A program made the translations under genes and the position numbers. From Neodothiora populina (lineage: Eukaryota), in NCBI RefSeq assembly GCF_041146345.1, contig NW_027191404.1, positions 2,666,001-2,730,000 of the forward strand: 64,000 bases of DNA, read 5' to 3'. Below the pieces are notes generated by a model that worked only from the letters and a program-made list of their open reading frames with translations, did not search any database and was not told where the DNA came from. This document shows, in pieces, positions 12,501 to 25,065 of this stretch; within the stretch, counting starts at the first letter, position 1; every line of letters starts with the position of its first letter.

Positions 12501-13038
12501 GTATTTCTCTTCAGCGTTGCGCATGTGACTTGATAGACTTGCCACAGCCACACCAAGACTCTTGTGGATGACGGTCTGTTCTTCTGCGTGCTTCTGGGCT
12601 TGAGACACGAGCAAAGCGCAAGCTTCACGGAGGGATACAGCCCATTCTAGTCGAGCAGCAAACAGGGAATGCCATGATTGCAGGTCGGTCTGGTCGGAAA
12701 TACTATCCGGAGGTTGACCAGGTTCATAAGGCGTAGGAGAGGGCACTGATTGTTGTCGAGGTTCTGAGAGTAAGCTCGAGTCAAAAGCATAGATTTCGTT
12801 CTTGACTATGTTAGTCCGATGATCATGGTGATGAATAAGTACATATACAGCCACGAACCTCTGTCAGTAATGATTGAGGCCTGACTTGTTTGCCTTTCGC
12901 GGTCAAAAAGACCAGCTTATTTGCCGCGACGTCAGCCTTGGACTCGACAAACGCCTTGAGAGCGTCGAGACTATTGATCTCGGAAAGATCAGTAGCAAGT
13001 TTATCACCGGAAGGACCGATGAATATAACCATCGACAT
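9579..13038 (-). CDS. ATG11: Autophagy-related protein 11 (1 intron, approx. 12801-12858)
   Basis: Ubiquitin-like N-terminal exon, Atg17-like region 'YGSLMIEAIRRREW', long coiled coil, C-terminal claw 'KIAVRDFKEGDLALFLPTR...WAAFNIGAPHHFL...NPFELSDGLTWY'. Confidence 0.93.
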
Positions 13039-13871
13039 TGAAAGATGGGATTAATAGGTGTTTTGGATGATACACAATGGACCTAATTATCATCACGGCA
13101 AGAACATCAAGGTAATAATCTATTCATTGTAGCGTAGCTTACTTCGCATGACTCTGAAACACGGGGTCTTTGGCTTATCTTATCACAAGGACAGGGATCA
13201 CATCTGCCATAACAGTATGTCCGGAACTATACCTAACATTCAATGATGTCTCAGCTAAGGCAGCGTACTACTTAGCGGATAAATCCAGACTTCCCTTTGA
13301 TAACAAAGCAAGGACTGTAGCTGCACACATCCGAGGATCAAGTGGATACAATGGATGATCATTCACATTCAGGGTAAGGTAGGTAGTCATAAGGTAACAG
13401 TAAGCAAAACAGAGGCGCAGTCATCGTTAGACCAACGTCACGCCTCGTGTTTCTTCCCTTGGATTCCGGGTTCGCGTAAGAGAAAAAAACGGGTTCGGAG
13501 GCAGCGATGATGAGGGCTGATGATGGCTACCTGAGCTACATTTTAGGCTCAATCGTCCTGGTGTACTGATCCTTTGTCTGCTGTGACCTAGGTGCTAGGT
13601 AAGCGGTTGAGTTTCTCAACAAGCCCAAGGCCGCGTGTCGTCCTACCCAATGGAAGAATCGTTGTATCTGCAAACAAAACAAACCTCAAAAAGAAGCGCC
13701 AATCGGCCAAAAATAGTTCAGCGTTTAACTGTGGAATGGCTATGACCATCTTGACCCATGTCATCGATGCAAGGTACAGTGCCGATATCTTTAGTTCTGG
13801 TCGCGCGCCATTCTTTCTCTACCTAAGGCAGACACATTCACATTCGTTTTGATCTTCATGTCACCGTAGAC

Positions 13872-16733
13872 ATGGATCCCTCTCGTACAGTGCGTAGACA
13901 GACGGGCACTACTAGCGGAGTAGATGCCTTTGTCAGTCTTATCGCAGATCCATTTCGTTCTCAAGTCAACAGCGACTCTTTCTATGCCGGTCTGGGAACA
14001 TCATTGGCTGGTTTTGCTTTAATTGCTTGTATTTTCTGTGTATTGCGTCCTTACAATAATGTTGTCTACGCTCCGAGATCAAAACATGCAGACGAGAAAC
14101 ATGCCCCGCCTCCGATTGGAAAAGGTTACCTTGATTGGGTCAGCCCCATCATCAAGACGAAAGAGACGCAATTGGTTGAGAAGATTGGCATGGATGCCAC
14201 TTTGTTCTTGAAGTTCACAAAAATGTGTCGAAACATATTTCTTTGCGTCACAGTGGTGGGGTGTGGAGTCATTATACCTATCAACCTAATCGCAAGTAAA
14301 GATCGCTCGTACGGAGGTGACGATATCAAAATCTTTACAAAATTAACGCCAACCTTTGTCTGGGGAGCGAGTTACTGGGCATATATCGTTTGCGCCTATG
14401 TCTTTGACGCCATCATTTGTTTCTTCCTATGGAGGAACTATCGCGATGTGCTTCGTCTCCGAAGAGTTTACTTCGAGAGTCCCGAGTATCAACGAAGTCT
14501 GCATTCTCGAACCTTGTTGATCACTGAGATTCCCAGAGGATTGCGAACGGATGAGGGCCTGGTCAAGATCACAGAGGAAGCAAAGGACATTGGAACTACA
14601 CCCAGAACTTCAATTGGAAGGAATGTCAAGGATCTGCCAGATCTGGTCGAAGAACACGAAAAGAGCGTCCGCGCTCTGGAATCGGTCCTCGCAAAGTACC
14701 TCAAGAACCCCAACAAATTACCTCCGAATCGACCTGTTTACAAAGTCACAAAGTCCGATCAATCATATCGCAAGGGACAAAAAGTTGACGCCATCGAATA
14801 CTTGACGTCGAGAATCAGAGAGTTGGAAATCGAGGTGAAGGAGGTCCGAGAGTCAGTCGACAAACGAAACGCTATGCCTTTCGGTTTCGCCAGTTACGAA
14901 CAGATTTCAGATGCTCATGTCGTGGCTTATGCGACAAGAAATAAGGCTCCGCATAAGACACACATCGCTCTTGCACCGAAGCCTCACGATTTGATATGGA
15001 AGAACTTGTCCATGTCAAGCCGACAACGTGGTTGGGCGACATTTATGAACAACATCTGGGTCATTGCACTCACTATCGGCTGGTTGGTACCTAACGCCCT
15101 GATCGCCGTCTTCCTGTCGAGTTTGAGCAATCTTGGTATCGTCTGGCCAGCTTTTCAGACGTCTTTGTCGGCACACCCTACAGGTTGGGCTATTTTCCAG
15201 GGTGTCGTTGCTCCTGCCATCACATCAGCCTTCTACTTCTTCCTTCCGGCAATCTTCCGAAAGCTGAGCATGAAGTCTGGCGACATGTCAAAGACCAGCA
15301 GAGAACGTCACGTCACCCACAAGCTGTACACCTTTTTCGTCATCAACAATCTTTTTCTTTTCTCTCTTTTTGCCGCGATATGGCAATATATCAGTGCCGT
15401 CATCGACGCGCGTGACAATCATGGCGAGGATGTGTGGGACGCCATCAAGAACGGGCACCTTTTCTCAAAGGGTATGCAGGGTCTCATTGGAGTGTCTACC
15501 TATTGGGTCACATGGTTATTACAGCGCAACCTAGGTGCAGCGGTTGATCTCTGTCAATTGATCACTTTGGCTTGGGGATCGTTCTCTCGACACTTTCTGA
15601 ACCCGACACCACGCGAACTCATCGAACTCAGCGCACCTCAACCTTTCGAGTACGCTGGCTACTACAACTATTTTCTTTTCTATTCGACAGTAGCAATGTG
15701 TTTTGCTACGATTCAACCTTTGGTTCTACCAATCACAGCCTTTTACTTCGTCGTCGACTCATACTTGAAGAAGTACTTGCTGCTGTACGTCTTCATCACC
15801 AAGACCGAGTCCGGAGGACAGTTTTGGCGTGTTTTGTTCAACCGTTTCGTTTTCCTTGCATTCATTGGAAATTGTGTCATTGCTCTGCTTGTCGGAGCAC
15901 AAGGTGAAGGAACCTGGTCTCAGCTTTACTCGATGATACCTTTGCCTTTCTTGCTCCTTGCGTTCAAGTTTTATTGCAAAAAGACATTCGACGATGGCTG
16001 CAAATACTACACTACAGGCAAGGGCGACATTGAAGCGGCAAAGGGACAAGACCAGAAGAGCAAGAGAAACGACCGTGTCGGTGTTCGATTCGGTCACCCT
16101 GTTCTGTACAAACCGTTGATCACCCCAATGGTGTCGTCGAAATCACAGCATCTGTTGAAGAGCATATATTCTGGAAGAACGGCAGACGAGATCATCGGCA
16201 CGGGATACTCAGACGTTTACATGGATCCGATGTCTCACGAACAGCCTGGAAAGGCTGCTGGTTCCGCGCCTGCACCCTTTGAGTTCGTCAGCGAAGCCGA
16301 CATGGACTTTGAACATTTCAAGAACAGGCCAGAGTTTCGAGACGAAGCAGGCGGAGACGGAGAGCTGTATGGTCGTCCGACGGATCTCATGCGGAGAATG
16401 TCTGGAAGCACGATTGCGACGACGCAATCTGGCTTCAGACCTGACTCGAGCGAAGGCAAAGATGTTGGCACGACATATGCTCCGGGCTACCAGAAGACGC
16501 CCATGTTCCCTAGAGATCAAAGCCCTGCCAGTAGTGTGCGATCGATGGATATAGGAGGCGAGTACAGACACATGCGTGCAGATAGCACGGGCAGTGAGGC
16601 TCGCGCAGGTTTGCTGTCTTCGGCAGCGAACATGGGAGCCGAATACAGCAGTCTGAGATTGGGCGAAACCCCACCTGGCGAAGGGGAAAACACGAGTTAT
16701 GATTATTTTAGAAGGGGTAGACAGATGAGATGA
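13872..16733 (+). CDS. CSC1/OSCA/TMEM63 (DUF221, Rsn1/Phm7-family) calcium-permeable channel
   Basis: 953-aa intronless ORF with many TM segments; 'LRPYNNVVYAPR', 'GMDATLFLKF', 'LAPKPHDLIWKNL', 'ESGGQFW'. Confidence 0.9.
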   Translation: MDPSRTVRRQTGTTSGVDAFVSLIADPFRSQVNSDSFYAGLGTSLAGFALIACIFCVLRPYNNVVYAPRSKHADEKHAPPPIGKGYLDWVSPIIKTKETQLVEKIGMDATLFLKFTKMCRNIFLCVTVVGCGVIIPINLIASKDRSYGGDDIKIFTKLTPTFVWGASYWAYIVCAYVFDAIICFFLWRNYRDVLRLRRVYFESPEYQRSLHSRTLLITEIPRGLRTDEGLVKITEEAKDIGTTPRTSIGRNVKDLPDLVEEHEKSVRALESVLAKYLKNPNKLPPNRPVYKVTKSDQSYRKGQKVDAIEYLTSRIRELEIEVKEVRESVDKRNAMPFGFASYEQISDAHVVAYATRNKAPHKTHIALAPKPHDLIWKNLSMSSRQRGWATFMNNIWVIALTIGWLVPNALIAVFLSSLSNLGIVWPAFQTSLSAHPTGWAIFQGVVAPAITSAFYFFLPAIFRKLSMKSGDMSKTSRERHVTHKLYTFFVINNLFLFSLFAAIWQYISAVIDARDNHGEDVWDAIKNGHLFSKGMQGLIGVSTYWVTWLLQRNLGAAVDLCQLITLAWGSFSRHFLNPTPRELIELSAPQPFEYAGYYNYFLFYSTVAMCFATIQPLVLPITAFYFVVDSYLKKYLLLYVFITKTESGGQFWRVLFNRFVFLAFIGNCVIALLVGAQGEGTWSQLYSMIPLPFLLLAFKFYCKKTFDDGCKYYTTGKGDIEAAKGQDQKSKRNDRVGVRFGHPVLYKPLITPMVSSKSQHLLKSIYSGRTADEIIGTGYSDVYMDPMSHEQPGKAAGSAPAPFEFVSEADMDFEHFKNRPEFRDEAGGDGELYGRPTDLMRRMSGSTIATTQSGFRPDSSEGKDVGTTYAPGYQKTPMFPRDQSPASSVRSMDIGGEYRHMRADSTGSEARAGLLSSAANMGAEYSSLRLGETPPGEGENTSYDYFRRGRQMR

Positions 16734-16949
16734 TGGGACGATGAATTATATGAGACCTTTTTTGTTTTATGTTCAGTAGAAGAGCTGCAGAATGCTGCAA
16801 TTTTGTTTCCACATAATCACACCCTGACATGTGCCGGTGGCGTTGTAGAACAAGGCGGTGGCGCAATCAGTTATGCCATGGACCAAGGTAGGAAATACTG
16901 TAGGTACGACAAGATATTACTGAACCGGCTATATCAATCGCCAAGCCAG

Positions 16950-16989
16950 TCTCTCGCTCTCTATCTCGCTCTCTCTATCTCTCTCTCTC
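16950..16989. repeat. Imperfect (CT)n microsatellite
   Basis: tctctcgctctctatctcgctctctctatctctctctct upstream of the gene at 17247. Confidence 0.7.
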
Positions 16990-17246
16990 CACAGCAAAGT
17001 CCGACAATCTCCGTAGTTACAGCAGTGTGTGTTGTCTTTAGTCCCTAGCTAGCCTACGAGAGATACTACTGTACTGTATACAATTACCTTAGTGATACTT
17101 GTACAGCAAGGTATCCACACTCGAGATCTACCGCTTATCAACAAATACAACACAATACACCCACCTTTGACCTACACAAACACGAAAAACAAGAACAACT
17201 ACAACAACGGCAACCATAAAGAAATACATCAACAGATTAATAAACC

Positions 17247-18067
17247 ATGGATTTCGCACCCTACCAATCCTCACCACCAGAAAGCACCCGCGCTCTGAGC
17301 CCTCCGATCCCCTCCTCAAAACAACAACAATACATCCCACCAGCCGCAACCTCACGAGCAAGCTACGAAGACCCATGGGCCGCATCTCGCAACACCGCCC
17401 TGCCCTCGCCCTCGGCGTTCATCGACAACTCGCGAGACAACTACTACGACGACGACAACGACGACATCGAGGCAATCCAACAACAGCCACAGCAGCAGCA
17501 ACAGAGAAACGCGAGGAGTTGGGGCCGAGCGAGTAATGATGGCGCATATGTGTTTGAGACGAGTCTCAAGATCAGAATGGATGTCGAGGCCGCGCTGGCG
17601 TATTTGCTGCTGCCGCCGGTCGGTGGGGTTGCGTTGTTGATCTTTGAGCAGAAGAGTGATTATGTGAGGTTCGTACTCTTTCTCTACCTACGGGCCTTGG
17701 CTGTTGTGCTCTACTTGGGGGGAGGGGGGGAGGGGGGGGGGATATACTTGAGAGAGGGGCAGAAGGCTGACATGGTGCGAAAATTACAGGTTTCACGCGT
17801 GGCAGAGCTGTCTTGCCTTTTCCGCCATTTTCGTCGTTCACTTGATCTTCTCGTGGTCGTCTGCCATCAGTTGGATACTCTTCGTTGCGGACATTGGGCT
17901 TATCCTCTGGCTTGTCTTTCGGGCTTATAGAGATGGTAAGATCTACGACTCACTTTTCACTATGGCGAGGAATCACGAACGCTGACAACAAAACAGCCGA
18001 GGCACTGGACCGCTTGGAACTTCCTCTATTTGGTCAAATAGCGAGCCGATTCGTCGATCAAGAGTAA
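17247..18067 (+). CDS. Small membrane protein (UPF0132/Tic20-like family), 2 introns
   Basis: 'FETSLKIRMDVEAALAYLLLPPVGGVALLIFEQKSDYVR|FHAWQSCL' after splicing approx. 17669-17789; second intron approx. 17936-17996; ends 'ASRFVDQE*'. Confidence 0.75.
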
Positions 18068-18081
18068 ACGAAAATCTAAAT

Positions 18082-19116
18082 CTATTGCTTGTTCCCGATC
18101 TTCAACAGACTCTCGGCCGTGTCCTTCATACATTCCTCCAGACTCCTGAAAGTCATGCCCAACACCTTCTTGGCCCTTTCGTTGCTGAGATGCGGCAGCT
18201 GGTCGACAGTCGGCGCTGGCTCCTTGCTGGGGTCGGGGATCTTGTCCGCGAGGTTGGGGTACGCCTCGCGCAGGATCTCGCACACTTGGTTGTAAGTAAA
18301 GTTGCCAGATGTAATCGCGAAACGCTGGTTGCCGGCCTCGGGCACCTCGTAACCGCGCAAGTGCGCCTCTCCCAGATCTCTGGCGTCTGCGAAAGCAGGG
18401 AAAGCAGTGGGCCCGATCTCCTTGGACGAACCGTCGAGGAATCGGTAGATATCGGCCGACGAAGTGTTTAGCTTCTTCGGGTCGCTGACGGCGTGGTCGA
18501 GGGGTCCGTAGACCATAGGAGGGTTGATGCTGACGACGTCGAACTTGGGCTTGTGCTCCTTGACGTAGTCGAAGGCTGCGCGCTCGGCGAACGCCTTGGA
18601 CGCACAGTATGCCACCGGACCCGATCCCTTGACGGCCTCCTCGTACGTGCAGGGATTCCAGTCCTCCTCGGTGTAAGTGTAGCCTGCGCCGCCGTTGGGC
18701 TTGCCCATGTCGATGATGGCGGCGAACGACGAGGTAATAACCACGCGACGGACGTTGGGAGCGTGCTTGGCCACGGCCTCCAGAATCGACGTCGTGCCTT
18801 GGATCGCGGGCTGCAGCAGATCACGCTCGTTGTCCTCGACGTTCAGCTGGAAGGGAGAGGCGGTGTGGATGACTCCGTCGACGCCCACGACGGCCTTGTC
18901 GAAGGCATGTGGTGCGCTGATGTCCGGCACAATGGCGAAGCTGAGCTGGTCTGCGTAGCGAGCGTGCGACTTCCTGACCGCCTCGGCCGTGGCTTCTGAC
19001 CGAACTGTGCCGCGGACGTGATATCCATTCTTCAAGAAAGAGTTCAGAACGTGGGCTGCCACAAAGCCCGACGCTCCTGTGATGAGGATCTTCTGCTGGC
19101 TGGGGTGGTTGGCCAT
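18082..19116 (-). CDS. NAD(P)-dependent epimerase/dehydratase-family reductase (Gre2/Ari1-like), intronless
   Basis: 'ILITGASGFVAAHV', 'VIHTASPF', 'VVITSSFAA', catalytic 'YCASK', 'INPPMVYGP'. An alternative in-frame ATG lies at 19209. Confidence 0.92.
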   Translation of the reverse strand: MANHPSQQKILITGASGFVAAHVLNSFLKNGYHVRGTVRSEATAEAVRKSHARYADQLSFAIVPDISAPHAFDKAVVGVDGVIHTASPFQLNVEDNERDLLQPAIQGTTSILEAVAKHAPNVRRVVITSSFAAIIDMGKPNGGAGYTYTEEDWNPCTYEEAVKGSGPVAYCASKAFAERAAFDYVKEHKPKFDVVSINPPMVYGPLDHAVSDPKKLNTSSADIYRFLDGSSKEIGPTAFPAFADARDLGEAHLRGYEVPEAGNQRFAITSGNFTYNQVCEILREAYPNLADKIPDPSKEPAPTVDQLPHLSNERAKKVLGMTFRSLEECMKDTAESLLKIGNKQ

Positions 19117-19700
19117 TGCTGCTTCGAATTTGTTATGGGCTGGGGTGAGGTCGAGGGGCGAGTTGGAGTGATGAGTGAGTTTGTGGGAAAAGTTGGTGAA
19201 CCACTCCATAGTGGTTTATATTTATTTGATTCTATTTAGTCTTTTTCTGCCTGATCGACTTGTGTTTGTCATACACATTGGCTTCTTTGGGGCATATAGT
19301 GGGGCCTGTCGCTCGCTCAGATGAATAATGGATGGAGGTAAGAAGGACGTAACGGTGAGGGCATAACCCCGTGCAATTATATAATCTTCGTCTTCTGTCA
19401 TCATATTTATTCCATGCTTACTCCATGTACCTGTCTGCATGTATGCATGTCTCTGTGCCGTTTCCTCCAAACCGTCCCGGGTAATTATCACATGAGCGAA
19501 AAATTATTCATCACCTTGATGTTTTGGAGGGGGGGGCTGTTGGGGGGGTATGGAGCCACTGGGGAACTTGGAAGCTTTGATATCTGATTACATCACATGT
19601 CGGCCGCGTTGGATTTAATTCGGGAATAGCGGACCCACCCGGTTTATCAATTCGTAACATAGTATCAACCAATCACAGTAAATTCATCAATCTTTCGCTT

Positions 19701-22700
19701 CTAAACATCATGCGACACGATCTCTTCGCCGTCGGCCTTTGTGATGACACTGCCTTCCTCCGGGGCGTTTCCATCGACAGTGATCTTGAGTATATCCTCC
19801 TCGCTAGGAATGGTGATTTCCTTCTCGCCGGTCTGCGCGCTGGCGTGAACCATTTCGGTCGTGTCTTCAGCGGTCGCTCCACCCACGGGTGTTGATGTCA
19901 AGGCATTATGTCGTACTTTGTCGGTTTCTTCCTCCTTCGCAGCAGCTCCTCCAGAGGTAGGTACTTCGCTGGTGAAGTCAGGGACAGAGGCAGCTACATC
20001 AGTGGCGCCTGAAGCTGGAGTCTCGCCATGACTGCGAGAGTCGGCAAGAGCTTCTTCAAGACCAGGCTGGATCGCATTGGCTCGATCTAGAGTAGCCTCG
20101 CTGAGTTTGCCAGCATCTGCAATGTCTCCTTCAGCGCCGACGGGATCTGTGCTAGTCTCGATGGCATTTTCATGCTCGACTTTCGTAGATGACACTTCAG
20201 TAGCTGGAACCTCAGAAGTTGGTACTTCAACAGGTGAGCCTTCGGTGGAAGGGACCTCGAGATGGCCAGCCTCATCAATCTGCCAGATGACATTCGTCGT
20301 CGACATTGCGAGACCCGAAGCTACCTTGCTGTCCTCGTCAGCAGTAGCAGGGGCAGCCGCAGCCGCAGGCTTTCTTCTCGCGGGACCTCTAGCACGACCC
20401 TTGCGAGCATCGACAAGAGGTGCCTTTTCTACAGGTGCCTCAGCAAGTTCCTCTTCCTTCTTTGGTGCCTGAGGACCGATCTTGAGCCTGCTGTTCAGAT
20501 CATTCATGAATCCTGCTCTGAGACTTGCAAAGTTGGCATTGACAGGCTTAGCCTTGACTAGTGGGGGTGATTTGATCTTCTCCTGGGAGATAGTGCGGGC
20601 GGGACGCGCTGGGACTTGTGGCTTTTTGGTGGCAGGTCTGGGCGGGATCAGAGGTTTTGATTGCGACGGTCGAGGAGGTATCGAGGGCGGCTCGGTGGAC
20701 TCGGGTGACTGAGGACCGCTGACGGTAGTCTCAAGATGAAGACTGTTTGGCGAGTCTTCCCAAATATCGTGGCTAGGGAAACGTTGTCTCAAGTCGGGAC
20801 GTGTCTCCTCGGCAAGAGCGCGGTTGAACTTTGGTAGAGGCTTTCCTTCGTAAGCTGGTGGAAGAGAACCAGTCGATGCTTCGAGATCTTCGGGCATCTG
20901 TGGTGTTTCGACGGTGGTCTCATACTGAAGACTGTCGGGAGTGTCTTCCCAGATGTCACGCGATGGGAATCGTTGTTGTAGATTTGGTCGCATTTCATCA
21001 GCGACACCAGGCTTGAAGTGAGGCTTGGCCATTTTTACAGCTTCCTCGCTCAGGAAATCAGCACGATCCGTGGGTTCATTGCCATCCTTGCGGGCCTGTT
21101 CCTTCTCCGGCAACTCAAACTCAGTCGATGCACCAAGCTCTTCCGGTTGTTGCGGTGTGTCGACTGTTGTCTCGTACTGAAGACTTTCTGGCACGTCTTC
21201 CCAGATGTCTTGACTCGGGAAGGAGTGACGTGCGAGATCGGGTCTCTTGAGGTGGTCGACAGCCTTAGGCTTTGGTGGCTCCTTTTCGTCTTCGGGAAAC
21301 AAAGGCTCGTATTCGGTGATGTCTTTGAGAGGAGTGCCGGCACCCGAAGCAGCGTCTCTGGTGCGCACACGAGACAGAGGCTCGCCGCTGTTGCGACGAT
21401 GTTCAGAGTCCCATCCTGCATGGTAATCACTGCCGCGTCTCTCTTGCTCTGGAGAAATGGCGGGTTGCTGATATTCTGCCGTGGGATCTGTGTTCTTGGC
21501 GACTTCATCAGAGGCCAGGATCGGTGTACCGTATCCATTCTCCACCACCCAGCCACCTTCTTCTTCAGTGTTGCCTCCTTCGGGGCCGAAGTCTTCCTTT
21601 GGAGGATCGTAGCCACCTCCACCGATTTTGCTGACACGATGAGCTGGCGCATCTACATGGATAATGTCTTCAATGTCCGACTCCATGGCTTGGTCATCTG
21701 CCGGGGCGCTTGCTTTTCGGAGTGGTGAGGCGATGGGAGGTTGGTTGCCGCTTGACAAGCGTCTGCCGTGGAGCGATAGAGGTCTTGGTGAATTCATTCG
21801 AGACGTGTATTCTTCTGAGGCGAGGTAGCCGATCTGTTCGGACGGTGTGCCGACAGCTTCTGGTGTCGTTCCTGAGAAACAATTAGACCATTCACAATCA
21901 AGCAGTGGCACAAGCAAAAGAACTCACCCATTCCAATTCCTTGACTTGAGCTTTGATGAACCAATTTGTTCAGGTCGTCGCTGCTCAATGCCCACTCGTG
22001 GCTTGGATGGCCAGGATCATAAATCCGACCCTTTTCCTTCTTGTATTCTTCGGGGTGTTTCTTGTACCAATCCTCATCGAACTTGTCCATTGGCTCATTG
22101 ATTCCGTGGAAGGAATTCAAGCCGTGACCGTGTAGGCCATAGCTACCGGGAGGACCAAACTCGTGGCGCGAGCTGCGTTTGCGGTGATGGTTGCGAGACT
22201 CGGTCGCGTCCTCTGTCGTAGGCATGGGAGACGGGGCTTGAGCATCTCCAGCATATTTCAGCATGGGCACCGTCAATCCAACCGATGGAGGACCTTCTTC
22301 TTCAGCGGCAAGAGACAGATTGGAACGAGAGAAGCTGGGTTTTGCTTTCAATGGATGCGAAGAAGCTTCCGCAGCACTGCCTCCGACACCTGCAGCTGCG
22401 GCCTGAGATGAGTCAGTACGGGTGACGGTCTGAATCCTAGAGGTAGCTGTCGATTGAGGTACCGAGGCCTTTGGAGCGTGGATGGGAAGATCAGCGGCGA
22501 CATTTCGTGTTTGTGTGGCTTGTTGTTCTTCGACGCTCTCGTACTCGAGACCTTCTTCTCCCACGATGGCTGGGATGTAAGCTGCCGACGATCTTTTCGA
22601 CGTGGGTCCCGCAGGTAAATCATTAAGAGGGGAACGGCTGTATTCAGCTCTGGACGGAGAGATTGATCTATCTAGACGACGTTGAGGACGCGGTGGGATC

Positions 22701-22780
22701 GGGGGGATGTTCATTGTGGGATTATTGCTCTCGGGTCGGGGCGAACGACTCGGACGAGGGGGGATTTGAGGTGCACTCAT
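19701..22780 (-). CDS. AIM21: Aim21 (DUF3292)-like Pro-rich actin regulator (1 intron, approx. 21872-21927)
   Basis: MSAPQIPPRP start; 'GSYGLHGHG', 'GTPILASDEVAK', three 'FPS(Q/R/H)DIWED' repeats, 'FMNDLNSRL', 'DARKGRARGPARRKP'. Confidence 0.75.
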
Positions 22781-23129
22781 TTTTGTGTATAAATATATTG
22801 GACGATAAGGAATTGATGAAGAATGGAAAAAGGGGGACACAGAGAGATGATGGAAGTCCGATAGCAAGTAAAGGAAGCAGACGAACCAGAGGAACCTTCA
22901 ATCATTATCGGTGATGACGACCAACACAGATCGACGCTAGTGTGTTATAGTGGGATGGGGCCAATGACGGCGAGTCTATTATTTTTCAAGGATGCTACTG
23001 TATACCTGCCAGTGGCTTCATCAAGCCACAAAAAGCTATTATCTTGATCAAAAATTCATGTTCTGCAATTATCATGTATGGCTATGGATAAGGTAGGTAC
23101 ATTCTCTGCTTTCTTTTGCTCTGGCTTCT

Positions 23130-23767
23130 TTAAACAATCATCTGGGCGACTCCTTGTCCACCCAGGGTCTTACTGCCAGCGAATTCGTGGCCTCTGACGC
23201 CAGCAAGCGCGTAGAAACAAGCTGCAAGGAGCAAGAACACAGCTGCTGCGATCAGACTGGTGGCGTAGGCGATCAATGACAGCCACTGGATGACGCTCAT
23301 GACGAGATAAATGAGAGCGCGCATGTAGTTTGTCGTGAAGCGACGCATGAATTGATCGAATACTGGCGAGGTCGGACAGATGCGCAGCAAGAGCGGGACT
23401 TCGATGAAGAGGATGATGAACGATGAGATTCTTTTCGCCGTGGCATGTTAGTCGGACATCGATGAAGGATAGCATAGATCAACAGCCACACGTACAAGCA
23501 AAAGACACTAAACAGAATAATCCAGTGGAAATGGAAGATGTTTGCGATGCCCAAGGCAAAGCAGAGTATCATACATAGCACACCGGTCCTGATATCATTA
23601 TTAGCACTGCATCCATGATGGAGTCGATGGAGAAAGGCCATTCTACCATTGTCCGTATATACCTGTCGCGATAGTCAGCCACGTACAACCAAGAAAGAAA
23701 TCGCGATAATCATCATACTGAAGTTGCGCGACCTGAACTCCTCGGCGATCTGTGCCCCTATAGCCAT
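23130..23767 (-). CDS. TVP18: Golgi membrane protein Tvp18, multi-exon
   Basis: 'AEEFRSRNFS', 'GVLCMILCFALGIANIF', 'EVPLLLRICPTSPVFDQFMRRFTTNYMRA', 'SKTLGGQGVAQMIV*' across exons. Confidence 0.88.
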
Positions 23768-24080
23768 TGTCGATCGATGTTTATTGGATTGTGCAGCCTG
23801 TTGTTTCAATACTGCTACTGGACTGTATGTGTATGTAGCTTTGCAAGATGACACCACTGCTTGTCCAGTGAATGTTATTGCTACAGTTACGGCTACGCTA
23901 CACCGCGCATGTTTTGAGGCTTAGACCCCGGCAAGTCAGAGTTTTGCCAAGACAACAATATAATGCTGCCTTGTCTCTACCATACAATACAAGATATCAC
24001 AGAGACAGTACGACACAGAGCACTTATTTCTACATTTGTGGACATTATAAAAACTTTGGTTCATTTCTGCAACAATCCGT

Positions 24081-24682
24081 CTATGCTGCCGCATAGACAA
24101 GTCTGAAAATGTCGTTGAAGACATAGTAGCTGCCTTGACCGTCAGGCAAGAGTTGGAAGGTCTGAGTATAAGACATCGGTCTTTGTTCTTCGTCGACCTA
24201 TTTGTGGCCTTGTTAAACTCTCTTCTTGCTCCCCGCTTTTTGCCATCTTTCACACATACCAGCAGACGTCCAGAGACAAGAACAAGAATACCGCCAGCTT
24301 CGTTCGAGGGTTGGGCGTCAAGCGAGGTGACCTCGTGCTGGACTTTCTGGAAGGGAAGGTTCACCAGCTTTTCGGTGATGGAAGCAGTTCCTTGGATCGG
24401 CGAGTTCTCAAAGGTCAACATGGAGTTGTCTTTCTGTTTTGCTGTTTTAGTATATAAACATGCTATGAGCACGGCCTGCCAATTACGTAGAGCGCTGCAA
24501 GACCTTGACGGTTGCCGTCAAAGGTGTTATAGTAGAATTGGGTGAATTGCTCTGATCAAGACATTAGCTTTGTCAGGACACTTGCGCAGCACCCAAGCAT
24601 ACGGGCAATATCCTGGAAGTCTGCATATCACGTTAGCTCGGCCTCATGTGTGTACGGCAGATACAGAAAACGTACTAGCCAT
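24081..24682 (-). CDS. NTF2: Nuclear transport factor 2, multi-exon
   Basis: 'SMLTFENSPIQGTASITEKLVNLPFQKVQH..LDAQPS..GGILVLVSGRLL|VDEEQRPMSYTQTFQLLP..SYYVFNDIFRLVYAAA*'. Confidence 0.92.
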
Positions 24683-25065
24683 GATGACTGATTTCAGACT
24701 TCTGTCTTGGTGGTGGGATGATTTGTTGTCTGACGGAATGACTTGTTGCTCCGTCGCGTAGTGGGGGGTACTGGTACTGTAGATTCGCACGGCTACTTCC
24801 GAATCCGGAGGTGCTTTGGGCACCTGCCGAGAAAAGTAATAATCTCAACTTTTTGATTTCTTCTCCTTCTTTCTCTTCGTTATACAGCAAAAATTGTAAG
24901 TGAAAAACACCCATCAATTCCCTATCGCGTTCTCCTGAAAGATGAAAACCCTTCAAACAATGATTGTCCCGTGATTAATCAAAAACGAATTCAAGCTCAA
25001 CAGTCTGACTTTCACACATTTATCTCATGATTTATCTATGTCTTATTCTCGAGAATATAGCTAAT

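Noticed and set aside
20760..21215. Three spaced repeats (TCTTCCCAGATGTC-like)
   Set aside because: They encode the FPSxDIWED repeats of the Aim21-like protein; not CRISPR or a mobile element
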